Shown: in pieces, positions 29,263 to 32,000 of the stretch | How the letters are laid out: each line of letters begins with the position of its first letter | Position numbering within the stretch: position 1 is the stretch's first letter | The notes under the pieces: model-generated | Database searches by the model: none | Told to the model about the DNA's origin: nothing | What the model saw: only the letters and a program-made list of their open reading frames with translations | Position numbers and translations under genes: made by a program | Assembly (NCBI RefSeq): GCF_000025505.1 | Contig: NC_013849.1 | Span: 1,860,001-1,892,000 of the forward strand | DNA from: Ferroglobus placidus DSM 10642 | GTDB lineage: Archaea; Halobacteriota; Archaeoglobi; Archaeoglobales; Archaeoglobaceae | Direction of reading: 5' to 3' | DNA length: 32,000 nt

Positions 29263-30339
29263 ATGAGGTACAAAACTGAACTCACGAGGATCGTCGAACT
29301 GCCTTACTATGTCGAAGTTAGCGAGAGTTCGAGGAAGAAAGTTAAAGACATTCTCGACTCCTTCAACCTAAACAGCACGCTTTTCCTAACTGGGAAAAAT
29401 TCTTACGAGGTTGTTGGAGCGAAGATCGAGGAGAAAATATCTGATTACATCGTTGAGAAGGTATTTGTTGAAAAAGCCACTATGAGCGAGGTTAGGAGGA
29501 TAGAGCTTTTTTTGGGCTACACCGACATAGACTCGGTTGTTGGAGTGGGAGGAGGGAAGGTGATAGACGTCGGGAAGGTTATCGCTACCGAACTCAAAGT
29601 CGCTTTTATAAGCATCCCGACTTTAGCGTCAAACGACGGTATAGCTTCTCCGGTTGCAAGCTTTAAAGAGAATGGAAAGCCAGTTTCGATTTCCGTCAAT
29701 CCCCCAACTGCTGTTTTGGCAGACTTGACAATTTTAAGAAACAGTCCGATAAGATATCTCAGAGCCGGTTTTGGAGATTTAATTTCCAACATTACCGCTG
29801 TCAAGGATTGGAAGCTTGCGAGAGACAAAATTGGCGAGGAGTACAACGAGGTTGCGGCTTCGATGGCTTACCTTCCTTCGAGCCTCATGCTCAACTTGGA
29901 GAGCGTTAATTTCAAAGATGATTTGACGACCCTCGAAAAACTCATTAGGGGGTTGATTTTGAGCGGAGTTTCGATAGCCATAGCTGGATCGAGCAGACCT
30001 GCAAGCGGAGCAGAACACAAATTCAGCCACGCTTTGGATTATCTCGGATACGGGAGCGGAGTGCACGGAGAGCAAGTAGCTTTGGGAACGATAATAATGG
30101 AGTACCTCCATCAGAAGTACTACGGAATCGGAGACTGGGAGGCTATAAAGACAATTTTTGAAAAAGCTCAGGTACCGACGACGGCAAAAGAGCTAAATTT
30201 AACTAAGGAGCAGATTCTCGAAGCTTTAATTTACGCTAAAAGAATCAGGAAAAAGAGGTACACGATTTTGGAAGACGTGAATCCGAGCAAAGAAGAGCTT
30301 GAACTCGTTTTAATCAAGACCGGGATCGTAGAGAGTTAG
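29263..30339 (+). CDS. egsA: sn-Glycerol-1-phosphate dehydrogenase
   Basis: 358 aa: VVGVGGGKVIDVGKVIA, FISIPTLASNDGIASPVAS, GFGDLISNITAVKDWKLA, GAEHKFSHALDYL...HGEQVALGTIIM. Confidence 0.94.
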   Translation: MRYKTELTRIVELPYYVEVSESSRKKVKDILDSFNLNSTLFLTGKNSYEVVGAKIEEKISDYIVEKVFVEKATMSEVRRIELFLGYTDIDSVVGVGGGKVIDVGKVIATELKVAFISIPTLASNDGIASPVASFKENGKPVSISVNPPTAVLADLTILRNSPIRYLRAGFGDLISNITAVKDWKLARDKIGEEYNEVAASMAYLPSSLMLNLESVNFKDDLTTLEKLIRGLILSGVSIAIAGSSRPASGAEHKFSHALDYLGYGSGVHGEQVALGTIIMEYLHQKYYGIGDWEAIKTIFEKAQVPTTAKELNLTKEQILEALIYAKRIRKKRYTILEDVNPSKEELELVLIKTGIVES

Positions 30340-30798
30340 AACGTGCTTTGCCTCTTCAACTCTGTTTATCTTCCTAACCTCAGCTACGTTGTAGTTCTCG
30401 ATTCTAACATCTATCAGCTCGCTCCCCAAGCCTTCGTTCATTTTCAGCAGAGAGTACACTCCGTTTACCTCCTCCCAGACCTCTTCCCCGAATACAATTT
30501 TTTGAAAGGCTTTATTCAGCTCAATCCAGCTCATCTCAGCTATCTTTTGAACGGGAACGAAAGAAAAGTATTCAACTACTTTTTCCACATTCTCCTTTTC
30601 GTGAATCCACGTGCATTCCACGCAGCTCCATACTTTAAAGTTTTTAAGCCTCCCGAAAGCGTTGTACAAGCAGGGATAAAAGGGACAGAAGCAGAGGGAG
30701 CAATCCTGACCTTCGAAGTGACACGGGTAATACTCGCATTCTCCCTTTTTCATCCCGAAAATAGCCGAAACTAAATCTTTCAAAGCCTCTTCCCTCAT
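30310..30798 (-). CDS. Cysteine-rich small domain protein (N-terminal Zn-finger-like)
   Basis: 162 aa: CEYYPCHFEGQDCSLCFCPFYPCLYNAFG...VWSCVECTWIHEKENV. Overlaps egsA 3' end (convergent) and the DUF89 ORF (4 bp, co-directional). Confidence 0.8.
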   Translation of the reverse strand: MREEALKDLVSAIFGMKKGECEYYPCHFEGQDCSLCFCPFYPCLYNAFGRLKNFKVWSCVECTWIHEKENVEKVVEYFSFVPVQKIAEMSWIELNKAFQKIVFGEEVWEEVNGVYSLLKMNEGLGSELIDVRIENYNVAEVRKINRVEEAKHVLTLYDPGLD

Positions 30799-31655
30799 TT
30801 CAGCATCGCCACCATGCTGCCGACGCTAACCCCTATATCCCTCGCTACAGGTTCGCATTTGGCAGTCAAAAGAAAAGCAACGTTTTCCCACTTCGATTCG
30901 GACAAGCATTCGTAGTTAGCCATACCCTTAGCCACGATTACGTCAGCCTCCTCTATCCTACTCTTCGTAACCTCCGGAAGCATTTCTTCGTCTATACCAA
31001 TCTCTCCTCCGTTAGGAAGTATTTCGTCGGCAACTTTATCTATTCCGGCAAGCTTCGCATCTTCGATTGTTGCGTCGCTGAGTATTGGCTTTCCTCTAAC
31101 TACAACGCTAACTTTCTCCGAGATCTTCTTGATTTCCCTTATCAGCAAATAATCGAAGAATATCTCTCCGGCGTTGTCAGTTACGTAAACAACCTTCCCT
31201 CTGCAGAGGTCCTTTATCTCCTCGGTGTCGTCGATAGTTAACCCTTTCGCGAACATTTTGAGGAAGTACATCTTGAAGTTATCTTCCTCAACTTTGTGAT
31301 CCAGAACTCCGTAGTCGAAGGCGTTACCGATTATGCTTGCCACGACTGCTCCGTAAAACTTGTCGGAAAGCTTCGAAATGAAATCTTCGACGAATGGCAG
31401 ATTTTTCATAGCAACAGCATTCGCTCTATCCTTAAGAGGTTTGTAAGGGTCTTCGACTCCGAGAACTTCGTAAACTCTTCTGTGGACTTTCGTGGCTATT
31501 AAAGCGTTAATCCCCCTCTTTTCGTATTCCTCGCTTAAAATTTTGAGAGCCTCTCCAACAGCCCTCTCTATTTTGCTCTGATCATTCGTAGCTATCTTGC
31601 ATTCTAGGTAAACCCTGTTCAGCAAACAAGCCGGACATTTAGCAGCGATCCTCAT
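30795..31655 (-). CDS. DUF89/ARMT1-like metal-dependent phosphatase-family protein
   Basis: 286 aa: CPACLLNRVYLE, VVYVTDNAGEIFFDYLLIREI, VVVRGKPILSDATIEDAKLAGI, ADVIVAKGMANYECLSE. Confidence 0.9.
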   Translation of the reverse strand: MRIAAKCPACLLNRVYLECKIATNDQSKIERAVGEALKILSEEYEKRGINALIATKVHRRVYEVLGVEDPYKPLKDRANAVAMKNLPFVEDFISKLSDKFYGAVVASIIGNAFDYGVLDHKVEEDNFKMYFLKMFAKGLTIDDTEEIKDLCRGKVVYVTDNAGEIFFDYLLIREIKKISEKVSVVVRGKPILSDATIEDAKLAGIDKVADEILPNGGEIGIDEEMLPEVTKSRIEEADVIVAKGMANYECLSESKWENVAFLLTAKCEPVARDIGVSVGSMVAMLK

Positions 31656-31657
31656 AG

Positions 31658-32000
31658 CTACGTGTCGAGATTTCTCACTTCTGTGGCGTGCTCCATTATG
31701 AACCTCTTCCTGTCTTCGGTGTTCTCTCCCATGAGAATCGAAACTATCTCTTCGGCCATCGCCGCATCTTCGAGTGTTACCTGAATAAGTATCCTTCTCT
31801 TCGGATCCATCGTCGTCTCCCAGAGCTGTTCAGGGTTCATCTCTCCCAGACCTTTGTACCTCTGAACTTCCGCATCTCCTATTCTTTTAAGCAGGTTTTC
31901 GAGTTCTTTGTCTGAGTAAAGGTAGTAAACTTTCTTCCCCTTCTTAACTCTGTAGAGGGGCGGCTGGGCTATGTAAAGGTATCCGTTCTCTATAAGCGGA
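31658..32000 (-). CDS. gyrB: DNA gyrase subunit B, C-terminal part (5' end outside window)
   Basis: Minus-strand reading frame [66 protein letters not shown]...VRNLDT*, open to the window edge. Confidence 0.95.
   Translation of the reverse strand, partial: PLIENGYLYIAQPPLYRVKKGKKVYYLYSDKELENLLKRIGDAEVQRYKGLGEMNPEQLWETTMDPKRRILIQVTLEDAAMAEEIVSILMGENTEDRKRFIMEHATEVRNLDT

Noticed and set aside
1-32000. CRISPR array or classical defence operon
   Set aside because: No regularly spaced direct repeats and no cas-like ORFs were seen; the only defence-like signal is the decayed MNT-HEPN remnant.

Overview
This 32 kb archaeal window has the gene content and style of Archaeoglobales, possibly Ferroglobus or Geoglobus-like; that lineage call is inference. 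The backbone includes katG with a divergent Fur/PerR-type regulator, tRNA-Thr(GGU), a Hel308-type helicase, a GPN-loop GTPase, a radical SAM protein, ilvB/ilvN, radB, a larC-like gene, CDC48/VAT, PRC-barrel and DUF1614-like genes, an aryl/acyl-CoA ligase, sn-glycerol-1-phosphate dehydrogenase, a Cys-rich small-domain protein with a DUF89 protein, and the 3' end of gyrB. The accessory part is about 12.6-21 kb. It carries an RLAN-type domain ORF overlapping a RimK-like ATP-grasp ORF. On the opposite strand is a tightly packed five-gene cluster: MFS exporter, second ATP-grasp ligase, anion permease interrupted by a frameshift, GCS2-type carboxylate-amine ligase and YkgJ-type Cys-cluster protein. 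Between them lie a decayed MNT-HEPN gene and an AT-rich membrane-protein gene. The best candidate for a poorly described system is this amidoligase/ATP-grasp/transporter island, possibly making and exporting or importing a peptide-like or glutamylated metabolite. Other notable signals are a 16-bp-arm inverted repeat at the start of an orphan archaeal ATPase gene, a near-identical DNA tract shared by the D1 and D2 Walker A regions of cdc48, a GPN-loop variant (GIN), and several patches of gene debris. No CRISPR array, rRNA or intact transposase was seen.
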